Part shown: one piece after another, positions 1 through 12,200 of the stretch
How positions within the stretch are numbered: position 1 is the stretch's first letter
Layout of the letters: every line of letters begins with the position of its first letter
DNA from: Octopus sinensis
Taxonomy: Eukaryota
Reading direction: 5' to 3'
Assembly (NCBI RefSeq): GCF_006345805.1
Contig: NC_042997.1
Location: forward strand, 35,340,001 to 35,404,000
Length of the DNA: 64,000 nt
The notes under the pieces: generated by a model
What the model saw: the letters and a program-made list of their open reading frames with translations, nothing else
Database searches by the model: none
What the model was told of the DNA's origin: nothing
Position numbers and translations under genes: made by a program

Positions 1-2
1 TG

Positions 3-86
3 AATTCTGTAGACGAGTACTGGAGTAGTATTTTTCGTCACGGACAAGTGAAATGTGGAAAGGGGCCTTACAATTCTACCAAATAG
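3..86 (+). other. Possible 3' end of a coding exon truncated by the window edge (NSVDEYWSSIFRHGQVKCGKGPYNSTK*)
   Basis: Open frame from base 3 to TAG at 84-86 with protein-like composition. Too short to identify. Confidence 0.2.
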
Positions 87-205
87 ATGGAAAAGCAATT
101 TAGAAACTAAAAGTGACTATATTTTAGATTAATAAAAAATTGTTTTTCTTAAGTTTCAAAAATAAAAGAAGTATTAAAAAAGCGCATTTATCGGATGACC
201 CAAAA

Positions 206-246
206 CACACATACACACAGACACAGACACAGACACACACATACAC

Positions 247-326
<80 letters not shown>

Positions 327-388
327 GCACGCACGCACACAGATATATATATACATACATATATATATACATGCATACACACACACAC
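206..388. repeat. Compound (CA)n/(TA)n microsatellite
   Basis: Direct reading. It explains the YI/CV-rich ORFs here. Confidence 0.95.
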
Positions 389-1245
389 AATTATTCATAA
401 ATGAACCCACGTTCACACACATATAAGGTTTTGCATCGGTTTATGCATATCCCATTGTTTTTGCTTTCCAAAGTATTATATGCATTATGCAGATCTCGAC
501 CGGCTTTCCACTCACGACAACTTGACAGCTTCTAATTTTATTCCACTATCAGATTTCAGATCAACGAAAGAAACTGTAATGTTCTCGCCAAGAAGTAGAC
601 ATTTGGAAAATCTATCCAAACATGCTGCTTAAATTATGAATAAATTACATAAAATTAAATTGCCGAACATTGAATTTTGCACGCAATTTTCGTGAATATA
701 TAGATTTGCTTCGTACAACATTAAGTCTCCAGTGACATCTATTCTACTTCCATATTACTACTTGTTTTTGTCCATCCATCAAATACGCTATTCGTGTTCG
801 TATTTAGCTTTTGTATATCTAATTATACACAATCACCCTTCCTACACCTATACAGACTCCTCCTCTCCCAAACGCATACACATACGCACGCACACTCATG
901 CCCAGAGATATAAGTAAATAAGGATATATACAAATATATATGAATATTTAAATATATATCTGTATACACACACGCACACACATATATATGAGAGGAAGGA
1001 ACGAGACTATATGTGTGTGTGTGTTTGTACGTGAGCGTGGTTGTAATAATTTTAGCATGACATTTGTTTTAATAAGCGCATTGCCAATTTTCATGTATTT
1101 ACTCCTTTACCGATAAGTTACTTTACTTTAATGATCTCGATGCGATAGCAGGAATCTTTGACTTCGTTGTTGTTTGAACACAGACCGTAAACAGGTAAAC
1201 AATTATTAAAAGGTATTTTGTCAGACATTCTATCAACGCTCGCAG

Positions 1246-1548
1246 GTCTTTGCCCTATGATTCATGATGCGATTTTTATACAAGTGTATATGGATGCATG
1301 GATTATTGTGCAATTTATTCATATAATGAAAATAGTAATGCAATACGAGAGTATTGCTTTCCAGTAAAGAATAGCCCGTCAGTCGAGTGCACTGGCATAG
1401 ATGTGGCAACATTTGAAATATTGTCGAGGTATATGTGGCTGATGAGGATAAATCAAATATATGTTGGCAGACGTATTTTGAAGAATCTGAAACCGGTACC
1501 ACATTATCCATTTCTAGGTATTTCATTTTTCAGATGTTCTTCCTAGAG
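1246..1548 (+). other. Candidate exon or pseudo-exon with a Cys-rich frame, or a 15-nt micro-exon at 1534-1548
   Basis: Acceptor-like cgcag| at 1245 and tttcatttttcag| at 1533; strong donor GAG|gtaaga at 1549. One frame reads CDFYTSVYGCMDYCAIY..REYCFPVKNSPSVEC but has an in-frame TGA at 1265. Confidence 0.2.
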
Positions 1549-1690
1549 GTAAGACAATTTGTTTCATGTTTGTTGCACACACGCACATTTACTAGTACAT
1601 ACGCAGTGAAGCTATACGTTAGCGTCGTATTTATTACGTTCGCTATTTTCCAGTAAATATCGGTACTTCGTTGTGCCATTTATTTACTTT

Positions 1691-1752
<62 letters not shown>

Positions 1753-4333
1753 ATATATATATATGTAGTTGAATGCATTTAATCTAGTTTTTGTCTTAAT
1801 TGTATTAAGTATTATAGCCATACCGATGCCATATAGCTGACTGTAGTTAGATTTCGGCTCAGTATATATTTGACCTGCAAAAAGTCGTAAAGAATTTACT
1901 TACCCTCTTTCCCCTCTCCTTCCCTAGCCGCAACATTTTAGATATAGAGCAATGTAGTTTCACAATTCAGCTTTTATAATTCTATATGTCACGCGTGCAT
2001 ATGCACTTGTGCGAAGCATCTTTGTTTCAGTGCAATTAATTGATATATCCTGCTGGTATCGTAGATATAAAATGAATCAATATTAAGTTTCTTAACCTTT
2101 GATATCTGCTTATGTATATCATAGTTCTTGTTTTTCAGTTATATAAATTGTTGTAATAAGCCAATCGCTTAGGCGTTTTCCTTTATGTAGAGGTAGAATG
2201 CGTACGCGGTGATATATGCATGGTTATGCATCAAAGCCTCACTGCATTTTTTGCTTTGTAATTTTGTAGATATTTAGCCTAACATCAAGTGCATTTTATC
2301 AGCAATATAGCTTCCTTTTTAAGAATTGCAGAAAAAAACCTGCCTAATATTTTGGAATATGTGGTTTTCTAAATGGTTAGTGTAAGATTTAAACAAACAC
2401 GGCTTCACTTTAGAGGATTTCTGGGATCGTGATAACGATAAAGATCCGAATTCAACGCAAGAGTAGAGCCACTACCTCAGACCGGCCTCTCATGCATTAT
2501 GACACATCACTCAAAAAAGGAATAAGAAAAAGAATAAAAAAAGGCGATATGAGTGTTTCGTAGTGCTATGCATTGGAGTATAACTCAAATGGAACTACAA
2601 TATATTAATAACACAGCAATCTGTACAGTTAATATATTGCGTACAGGACCGTGGTGTCATATGTGGCTATTGTCATACGAGCGCTCATATCATGAAGTTT
2701 TATCATAGACAAAAGTAATACTGGAATGAGGGAAGGGAGAATGATAAATAATTCTCTAGTTTATAGTTACACTTTGAAGTAGCACAGTATGTTATTATAA
2801 TATTTTTTTGCATGCACGTCAAAATTTAAACATAAAGAATTTGTAACATATGTGAACTGAGATATCAAAAGATTAGATGGAAACCTCGGTTGCTAACTTG
2901 ACTCGAAAATATTTCAATCTTATTATAAACAACATAGTAGGCCACAAACAAATAGCAACCTGTTTCACAGAGTATCTTTTTATGTATTCTACGAAACCGG
3001 TCGCTACTTGCTGAATGAAGTAAAATGATTATTTACAGGAAATCACAACTGCAGAGAATTTGCATCCATTGAAAGGTAAATTCTATTTCTGCATCACTCT
3101 GAACTGATTCTTATAGAATATTGACTAGTAATTCAATAATTTATGAATTAGAGAAATGGTAACTATGCAAGAACATGCTAAGTAATTTCATAAGATCTTT
3201 ACTGTGGGCATTATCTGACACATCATAATTTTCTATGACCTCTAAGGCCCCAGAGTTTTGCTAAACAATAAATCAATAGTAATTTACTGCTGTCCTTGGA
3301 CAAAACTCTGTACAAAATACAACGAGTGAGACAATATCATGTTGCCGCATTTGGAAGTAATATTTCTTAACATCAGTTTACTAAATCGCTAGCAGCACAA
3401 TGCATGAGGGATAACAGTTGATTAATTATAAAGTATTCTATTGAAACAAATATAGAATTCTGTATGGTTAAACATGATCTAATGATATTTTAAAAATACA
3501 TTCGGCAATAATGTATATTTTTTTATTATACACGTGTCGTAACAAGTGGAAGTTTATAAATTCAAGCGGGGCATCAGCATGAACCAAAATGACTTGACAG
3601 ACTCAACAGTAAATCTCTCTGAAATTAATCCTTTCTACTAAAAACCTATGAAGGAACATATGATTATATATGGCTAGGTATGCTATGTCTGAAAGTACAC
3701 CAATATAAACATGGTGGAGAAACCCTTATCAAGAGTCTACCTTGATTGTTATAAATAGATGCGAAATTTCTTTGGACATGAAATTTTACTACAGGCCTTA
3801 GGATACAAAAAAGGCGTCGTGTTACAGAAGTTTGCCAAAACTAATATTGTCATTGTATTTAACTTGGTCTTTTGTGTTATGTGAAAAAGGTGTCAACGGG
3901 TCAATAAAAATATTGCCAATATATATATAAATAAATTTCACTCAAATAATTTTCTCCTAGGGGAATATGTCTAGGTATTTGATCTTCTTTTAATATTTGA
4001 AGTACATCTGCTTTACCTCACCTCTGCATTCATTATCAGCATTGCCGTCGTCGTCGCTGTCGTTGTTGTCGTTGTCAAGCTTGTCATCATCAGCGACGCC
4101 GTCGGTGACATTGGAGCCTCTCCCTCTCAATATTTCCCTCCTTATGATCATTATTCATTTACAATTCAAAACTATGCGTTTAATAATTATATGCATTGTT
4201 AAACTATATATCAATATACATTTAAGAATAAGTTTATTATATATTATTTATTATATATGAGGTTTCATAGTATTATCATATCATATAATGGAGTGCCGTC
4301 CATTATCTAAAATAAGAAATGTAAGTTAGTGCC

Positions 4334-4366
<33 letters not shown>

Positions 4367-4654
4367 TGTATGTATGTATGTATGTATGTATGTATGTATG
4401 TATGTATGTATGTATGTATGTATGTATGTATGTATGTATCTATGTATCTATATATATATATATGTATATATATGCGTGTGTGTATACATATATCTATACC
4501 TATCTATCTATATATCTATCTATCTGTTTATCTATCTCTGTATATATATATATATATAATTTTAATCCAAACGGGAAACAAAAAAACAACAACAATGGAA
4601 CAATTACAGTATATATATATATATATGTATCTACACACATGTAGTCTTATTCTT

Positions 4655-4850
4655 TTTTCTTTTTACTTGTTTCGGTGATTTGACTGGGGCCATGATGGAG
4701 CAACGCCTTTAGTCAAAAAATCATCTCTAGATCTTATTCTCTGTAAGCCTCGTACTTATTCTCTCGGCCACTTTTGCCGATTCACTGTTACGAGGACGTA
4801 AACACACCAACAATGGTTGTCAAGCGACGGAGGGGATACAATCACAGACA
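4655..4850 (-). mobile_element. 3' half of CORE-type octopus SINE (family A); duplicated at about 5944-6140
   Basis: ttttacttgtttc..tttgactg..ccatgatggagc.. matches the fuller copies at 21569 and 54152. Confidence 0.85.
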
Positions 4851-4866
4851 CACTCATATATGTACA

Positions 4867-4900
<34 letters not shown>

Positions 4901-4919
4901 CCTATCTATCTATCTATAA

Positions 4920-4964
<45 letters not shown>

Positions 4965-4965
<1 letters not shown>

Positions 4966-5610
4966 GTAGTCGAAAAAGTTGAGATATGTGCTATCACGAG
5001 GCCAGATGTTGGCCCTCACAAGAAATGGCACCTTCTCACGAAGGAAGGCCTGTGCTGCTTTGACCCATGGCATGGTGAAGCATCCTGGACCACATTGTCA
5101 AGCCCAAACTTCTGCTCCATCCAAAGCAACAGAGAATCCTCCAAGATGTCCAGATACTCATGTGTGCCGATCTTCAAGAGAGATTCAATGAAGTGTAGGT
5201 CCATAACAGTTCCGTCAGTCGCCACTGTTCCAAATAACATCACAGAAGCAGGATTCCTCTAGTCTTAAACAAGGGAGCGGGCTGTCAGAAGGGCTGTATG
5301 CAATCTTTCAAGCATTTCTGTAATTCACCTCAGCGTTCACATTGAACTTTTTATCGTCCACAAACACGGAACTTTACCTTGCACCTTGATTCTTGAGGAA
5401 TGACAGAAGCTTTGGGCAACTCTCGGCTCTGATTGCTTTGGTCTTGGCTGTTAGGAGCTGACGGCGTCGTCGAAAATAGTTATGCCAAGGTTCCTGTTCA
5501 CAGCTCTGGACACCGTGGAAAGGGACACACTGCGTTTCTTTGCAAGAGTTGCCATGGATGCGGATGGGTTAGCTTCGATCGTGCGTTTGAGGCCAGCGAG
5601 AAAGTTTGGA
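4965..5610 (-). mobile_element. Tc1/mariner transposase relic, DD37D (maT-like), copy 1
   Basis: Minus-strand translation gives an HTH (IEANPSASMATLAKKRSVSLSTVSRAV), VFVDDKKFNV, VMLFGTVATDG, QDASPCH and WPRDSTYLNFFDY (WPPSSPDLNPLDY motif). There are 37 residues between the last two Asp after one frameshift is corrected. Stops are present. Confidence 0.85.
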
Positions 5611-5641
<31 letters not shown>

Positions 5642-6156
5642 TGTAGTATGTATGTATGTATGTATGTATGTATGTAGTATGTATGTATGTATGTATGTAT
5701 GTATGTATGTATGTATGTATGTATGTATCTATGTATCTATATATATATATATGTATATATATGCGTGTGTGTATACATATATCTATACCTATCTATCTAT
5801 ATATCTATCTATCTGTTTATCTATCTCTGTATATATATATATATATAATTTTAATCCAAACGGGAAACAAAAAAACAACAACAATGGAACAATTACAGTA
5901 TATATATATATATATGTATCTACACACATGTAGTCTTATTCTTTTTTCTTTTTACTTGTTTCGGTGATTTGACTGGGGCCATGATGGAGCAACGCCTTTA
6001 GTCAAAACAATCATCTCTAGATCTTATTCTCTGTAAGCCTCGTACTTATTCTCTCGGCCACTTTTGCCGATTCACTGTTACGAGGACGTAAACACACCAA
6101 CAATGGTTGTCAAGCGACGGAGGGGATACAATCACAGACACACTCATATATGTACA

Positions 6157-6190
<34 letters not shown>

Positions 6191-6217
6191 CCTATCTATC
6201 TATCTATAATATATATA

Positions 6218-6251
<34 letters not shown>

Positions 6252-6255
<4 letters not shown>

Positions 6256-6899
6256 GTCGAAAAAGTTGAGATATGTGCTATCACGAGGCCAGATGTTGGC
6301 CCTCACAAGAAATGGCACCTTCTCACGAAGGAAGGCCTGTGCTGCTTTGACCCATGGCATGGTGAAGCATCCTGGACCACATTGTCAAGCCCAAACTTCT
6401 GCTCCATCCAAAGCAACAGAGAATCCTCCAAGATGTCCAGATACTCATGTGTGCCGATCTTCAAGAGAGATTCAATGAAGTGTAGGTCCATAACAGTTCC
6501 GTCAGTCGCCACTGTTCCAAATAACATCACAGAAGCAGGATTCCTCTAGTCTTAAACAAGGGAGCGGGCTGTCAGAAGGGCTGTATGCAATCTTTCAAGC
6601 ATTTCTGTAATTCACCTCAGCGTTCACATTGAACTTTTTATCGTCCACAAACACGGAACTTTACCTTGCACCTTGATTCTTGAGGAATGACAGAAGCTTT
6701 GGGCAACTCTCGGCTCTGATTGCTTTGGTCTTGGCTGTTAGGAGCTGACGGCGTCGTCGAAAATAGTTATGCCAAGGTTCCTGTTCACAGCTCTGGACAC
6801 CGTGGAAAGGGACACACTGCGTTTCTTTGCAAGAGTTGCCATGGATGCGGATGGGTTAGCTTCGATCGTGCGTTTGAGGCCAGCGAGAAAGTTTGGAAA
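6252..6899 (-). mobile_element. Tc1/mariner transposase relic, DD37D (maT-like), copy 2
   Basis: Duplicate of 4965-5610 with the same disablements. Confidence 0.85.
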
Positions 6900-6923
6900 T
6901 ATGTATGTATGTATGTATGTATG

Positions 6924-6957
<34 letters not shown>

Positions 6958-7194
6958 TGTATGTATGTATGTATGTATGACTGTATGTATGTATGTATGT
7001 ATGTATGCATGTATATATGTATGGAGGAACTCATTCGTAGTTAAAGGCCATCCAACGAATATGTATAGATATGTATATATATTTTTTTATATATTCTTAG
7101 ATGTATATATATATATATATTAATTTATATATATTTGAATATTTTATTTATATTTTGAAATTACATATGTTTTACATTTTTTATGAATATATGC

Positions 7195-7500
7195 ATGAGC
7201 TGCTCCACGTCGGACACCAGAATGATATTTAATCATTCTATGGGGCGTTTGGTTTTCGGTTTGGTGTCTGGCACGGGATAGCCTACCTCATGGGCAGGTA
7301 AAAGCTCTTTAACCTTGGTTGGTAATCTACCTAGTAGAACGAAATCTGCAAAATAATACCTGAGGTTTTGTCAAATCTCATGTCACCCCGGCCAAAATCC
7401 TCTTGGGTCAATATGTGGGAGCGGGTAGTGCAGTGCAAGCTACACCCACTGAAAATTATTCATCTGCACCCGTACTCTTTGCACACCAAATCTTAGTAAA
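7195..7500 (+). mobile_element. Possible 5' UTR remnant of an RTE-like LINE
   Basis: GC-richer island. ccttggttggtaatctacctagtagaacgaaatctg resembles RTE 5' UTR motifs as I remember them; no ORF support. Confidence 0.25.
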
Positions 7501-8094
7501 ATCATTGAATATATGTACGTATGTATGTATGCATATATGTATGTATATGTTCTTATAGCATTTGGACTGGAGCATATTTTCTTCAAACTCTGAGTATAGA
7601 TTTTGTCATTGAGTACGATTTATCTACAGATCTGCTATTTATTTCTTGTCCTAGATATAGAAGCTATACCACCAGTAAATTAAGCGATTCTCTTATATTA
7701 GCCTGTTTAAATGCAATATGGAAGTGACACGTTCAATCGATAATACAACGTAATATATTGCTTTTAACAGTAAGTTTATTTTTACTGCATTAATTTTAAT
7801 CGTTTTCCTTGAAAGCCAAAGATAGTATCAATACAAACACAATTTTCAGAAAAGAACTAAACACAGGAAATATAAGCATTAGAAGACTCTCAACGCATAT
7901 AAATTCAATAATACAAATATAAAACAGGAAATAATGAGAATAAATTACTAGAGAAAACAAGATAGTCGAAGAAATATAGCATATCGGACTAAATAAATAA
8001 CAATGACTATGTGTCTGCGTGCGTGTGTGTGTGTGTTTGCCATTGTGCGTGTGCGTGAATATGTGTGAATGTGGGTATGTATTTTTCGTCTTTT

Positions 8095-8502
8095 GTCTTG
8101 TACATGTTTCTATGATTAACCGCAGCCATGCTGGGGCACCGACTTCACCTCTCTTTTAGTCGAACGAATCGATTCCAGTAATTATTTTTTAAGTCTGTAC
8201 TTATTCAATCGATCACTTTGACGAACGGCTTAGTTATGGAGACATACCAACACAAAGAAACACATAAATAGATATTTACACACACGTGCGTGCACACACA
8301 TATGCACACACATACACACACATATGCACACACATACACACACATATATGACGGGCTTCTTTCAATTTCCGTCTACCGAATCCTCTGAAAAGGCTTTGGT
8401 CGGCTCGAGACTATAATAGAAGACTTCAGGGCTCAGGTGCACTGAAGTGGGACTGAACCCGAAACCTTGTGATTGGGAAGCAATCTTCTTAGTACATAAC
8501 CA
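8095..8502 (-). mobile_element. Diverged full-length family A SINE with internal (CA)n
   Basis: gccatgctggggcacc...tttccgtctaccgaatcc...gtgggactgaacccgaaacc is collinear with 54152-54565. Confidence 0.85.
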
Positions 8503-9339
8503 CATATGTATATGGATATGATTTAAAACGTATCAACTCTTACGAAACCAACGCTGCTCTAATGGATTTATCGCGCTATACAAAGAATGTAAATATGTAA
8601 CGTAATTGCACAGACGCCCACACAGAAAAACACTCACAAACACATGCATATGTGTAATGTCACCAATTAGTAAAGTACAAAAATGAGCAAATGAAATTAG
8701 AGAACTGTCCACTAGAGAAGTGTTCTAAATTGCCAGATTCTTGAATTTGTTTGAGATGGGAAGGGAGGGACAGAAAGGGAGAGAGAAATACAGTGAGTGA
8801 CACGAAAACAGCGGCGGAGATGTGGAGAGATAAAAGCACTTAGATATGGTTTCCGTTCTGTTCATCTTTTAATTTTACCAATAAAGAAAACCACCGAAAT
8901 GACCACAAGTTTCATTTCGTTAAAAAACTATGTATTGGAATTTTAAGCAATGATACATCGTAATTGCTGGACATGCTCTTGAATATTAGCTGAATCATCA
9001 ACTGGGATGTAATATTATTGAAGATTGAAATGATCACCTGCATCTCAGTGGCGCAGATCTTACTCATCAAAGTATTATGGACACATTTACCAGTTAGATA
9101 CCATAATTTTGCCTTACCTTTGCCAAGAAATATCAGTATTGCTAAATATTTTATGCATATATTGCGTGAAAATTTAAATGTTTAAAGAAATTTATGTTGT
9201 TATTTTACAACATTTAAGTATCTTAGACAGACGTTTAAATGTGATTTAATCATATGAAAATTGATTTTCATTATTCAAAAATTCTTGCATAGTAAAAAGG
9301 TTTTTTTGTATTAATTTTCAGACACTTCTACTTCAAAGT

Positions 9340-10420
9340 TTCTACACTAAGCGAAAAAAATCCAGGTACTTTTGTGTACGGATTCTAAGATTTGACATTA
9401 GTTTTGTGAAGTTGCTTTACATTTTCAGATATTTAAACTTCTCAAATAATGAGTTGTCTTAATGTGAAAATGACTTGTAACTGCTGAAGGATAGGTAAAT
9501 ATAAAGGTTATATTCTTATTCTTTAACACCTCTTTTTACCCGTGCGTAAATAAGAAATGATGATACGTTCTCTTTTTGGCGAATAGACTTTGTGATTAAA
9601 AAAGGAACAACATCGATAAAAATGCTGTTACTGCGTTCGAGAAAGCAACATATTTTGCATTTTATATTGAAATCGAGGTTAAACTTAGGACTTACGTTTT
9701 TCATAAGGGTAGCAAAATATGTGAAAACAATTAATTGTAATGAAGAAATAGATAGAGAAGATGTATCAATTTTGTGTGGAATTGAGAACACTCCTTACCC
9801 AATACTTTGATATTTACTCATGTATTGTGCATATGAAAGCGTTCCGTAGCTCCAGGAAACATATATGAGTATATTCTGAATAGAAATCAGGAAAATAAAG
9901 CGGCTGCACACAGCGGTGTTATTTTCAAATCAGTGTTTATATGAATTATTCAGTCTGTATCGTCAGATCTGGAGGAACCAAAATCACTTGAAGTTGACTT
10001 CAGTTGATAATAGTGGAAGTGCGTATAATAGAATATATTTAAGACATACAATTCTTTTTCAATGTCATAAACGGAAATAAAAAAAGAATAATAAAGCAAC
10101 AGTCTGCAAATATTGTCCCTGGTCTAAAAGAATAGTCTATATCAGGAAACTAAAATAACGTCTTATCAAACAAGAAAAGAGAAAATTCTCTCTTGCAATA
10201 ACCAGCATGAAACAAATCGTATGCTACAATGACAGCGGAACGTCTGAAAAATGAGAATATCTAATTCTTGTCCGAAAATTCTGAGGCCTTTTTTTTCTAT
10301 AAATGGATACACGTGTAGCTTGAAACGAATGTTATAGCAGAATAGTAATCTTCTTTTATTTTCTTCAAATGCGTGCTCAATAAATTGCTCTTGAACGTGT
10401 ACCATATCGAAATATATTTA
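9340..10420 (+). mobile_element. Highly degenerate DNA transposon, probably CMC/Chapaev3-like
   Basis: Collinear remnants VTAFEKATYFAF, (W)EEPKS and FSINGYTCSLKRML*QNSN resemble the Chapaev3 motifs ITxFVKKAYFAYF, WREPKNH and FIDSSKRSLKAVLLHNGN. Many stops and frameshifts. Confidence 0.4.
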
Positions 10421-11800
10421 CTGATGCTTTGTATCGATCATGAGATGATGGAATTTTTGCTTGCATCAATAATAAGACTCTCGATCCCCACCATCATACA
10501 TCTATGTATAGGATAGTGGCTATAAACAGTATCCTTGGAAATATAAAAGGAATTTCAGGGGAAAAAGCATCGCTCTAAGCACAGTTTTAACAGCATTAAC
10601 AATCCATTTGTTAACTGAGGAACAAGCTTTTCCCATCACTATATATCTAGCTATAATTGGTGACGCAATTTGTTAAGCTCTTAGACAAACTCTTTCTAGT
10701 GATAGTCACATTAATCATGCTCACGAAAAAATTACTGCAGACGATTGAATTCAGACAAGTGTACTAATTTGTTTATCTGATGTAAGTAGGATTTAAGCCT
10801 TACGTATCATGAACTGAAAACTAGAAAATTAAATTAGTTGTTATTATGCATTTAATTCGAGCTTTATTGTTCTAACCAACACAATAAATAGAATTCATTA
10901 TTGTATTGTTATGAACTATAGAACAGAGAGCTGATGACAACGTTTATTCAATCGCTATCATCATCATCATGATCAATGAATAAGATCATTCTCTTATATT
11001 TTTTTGTATAAAGACTATGTTATGAGGCAAAATCATTATTTGCTTAAGCATAGAAAATTAGCATAACATTTAAGATACTTTCAATTCCTATATTCAAATC
11101 TTTATGATATGCATTTAAGAAAGATTCAAAATAAAAGGTTAGGTCAACAATAACAATTTCTGTGTCAAACTGTTATAAAGTACCTATGTGTAGAGATCCA
11201 GTAAGTTACGAAAAATTTCGATTTTGAAGGGCTGAAGTTTCATCTAACTGTGTATAAATACATTTTGTTACCACTTCGTTTTAGATATAGAAGCTTCAAA
11301 TTTGTAAATTAATTTAAATATGTAAATCAGTGTTGACTCTGGTGGAATCGAAATCGTATGATTCTTAAAGAAACAAATCCATTTACAGTATGTCATTTTG
11401 TTCACCGCCAACAACTTTCTGTCCTTCATCCCTTCGAAAAGTGAGCGTCAAGATTTAGCAGCTATACCCAAACATATAGCTATGTTTAATGTTTCATCTG
11501 ATAAGGTCTAAAAGATACAAAGTTACGAAACAAAAGGTCTGAATTAGTAGATTCATTTATTAACAGAGAAAATATATTAATAAATCTACCACGCATTACT
11601 TGTGAATTATGGGAATTGAGCGACCTATCTTCAACGGAGCACTGTTGCAATTGTTTACCAGGTCAAATTGTATCTGTGTACACTAAATTTAAAATGCTAG
11701 TGAAATATTGTCCTTTGAAACGCACTGAAATTCCTACTTGGCTTTCTTAATCTCATACGTATATTTATATATATACACATATATAAATATATATATACAT

Positions 11801-12200
11801 ATATTGTTATATTTCGGAATGGTCATTTTGCCAGTTTAGCCAATAAAAACACACGCACTATATATTTGGTGTTACTTTGCTTCAGTGTTATTTATTTTTT
11901 ACATTAATCTTAATCCTATTTCGGCCAGAGTTCTTTCGTCACACTCCTGTGACCGCATCAGTGGTCCTTTGTTTTCTTCTCACTTATGGCTGACGGTTAG
12001 TAAGGAGAGACAAATAAGTGAGAAGAAAACAAAGGACCATTGATGCGGTCACAGGAGTGTGACGAAAGAACTCTGGCCGAAATAAGATTAAGATTAATGT
12101 AAAAAATAAATATCACTGAAGCAAAGTAACACCAAATATATAGTGCGTGTGTTTTTATTGGCTAAACTGGCAAAATGACCATTCCGAAATATAACAATAT
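11801..12200. repeat. 400-bp fold-back element: 187-bp inverted arms (11801-11987 and 12014-12200) with a 26-bp spacer
   Basis: The arms are reverse complements with about 3 mismatches by eye. Each arm has a hammerhead-like motif. Confidence 0.95.
11923..11967 (-). ncRNA. Variant minimal hammerhead-like motif (mirror copy on + at 12034-12078)
   Basis: Minus strand: GGACCA CTGATGC G GTCACA GGAG TGTGAC GAAA GAAC TC TGGCC. Stems I and II pair, but core A9 is C. Confidence 0.4.

Larger units (their letters stand above)
4337..6899. repeat. Near-identical tandem duplication with a ~1.29-kb unit (about 4337-5611 and 5612-6899), bounded by (ATGT)n arrays
   Basis: Identical ORF pairs at 4979/6266 and 5016/6303, offset 1287-1290 bp. 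(ATGT)n at about 4339-4437, 5612-5726 and 6900-7022. Confidence 0.95.
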
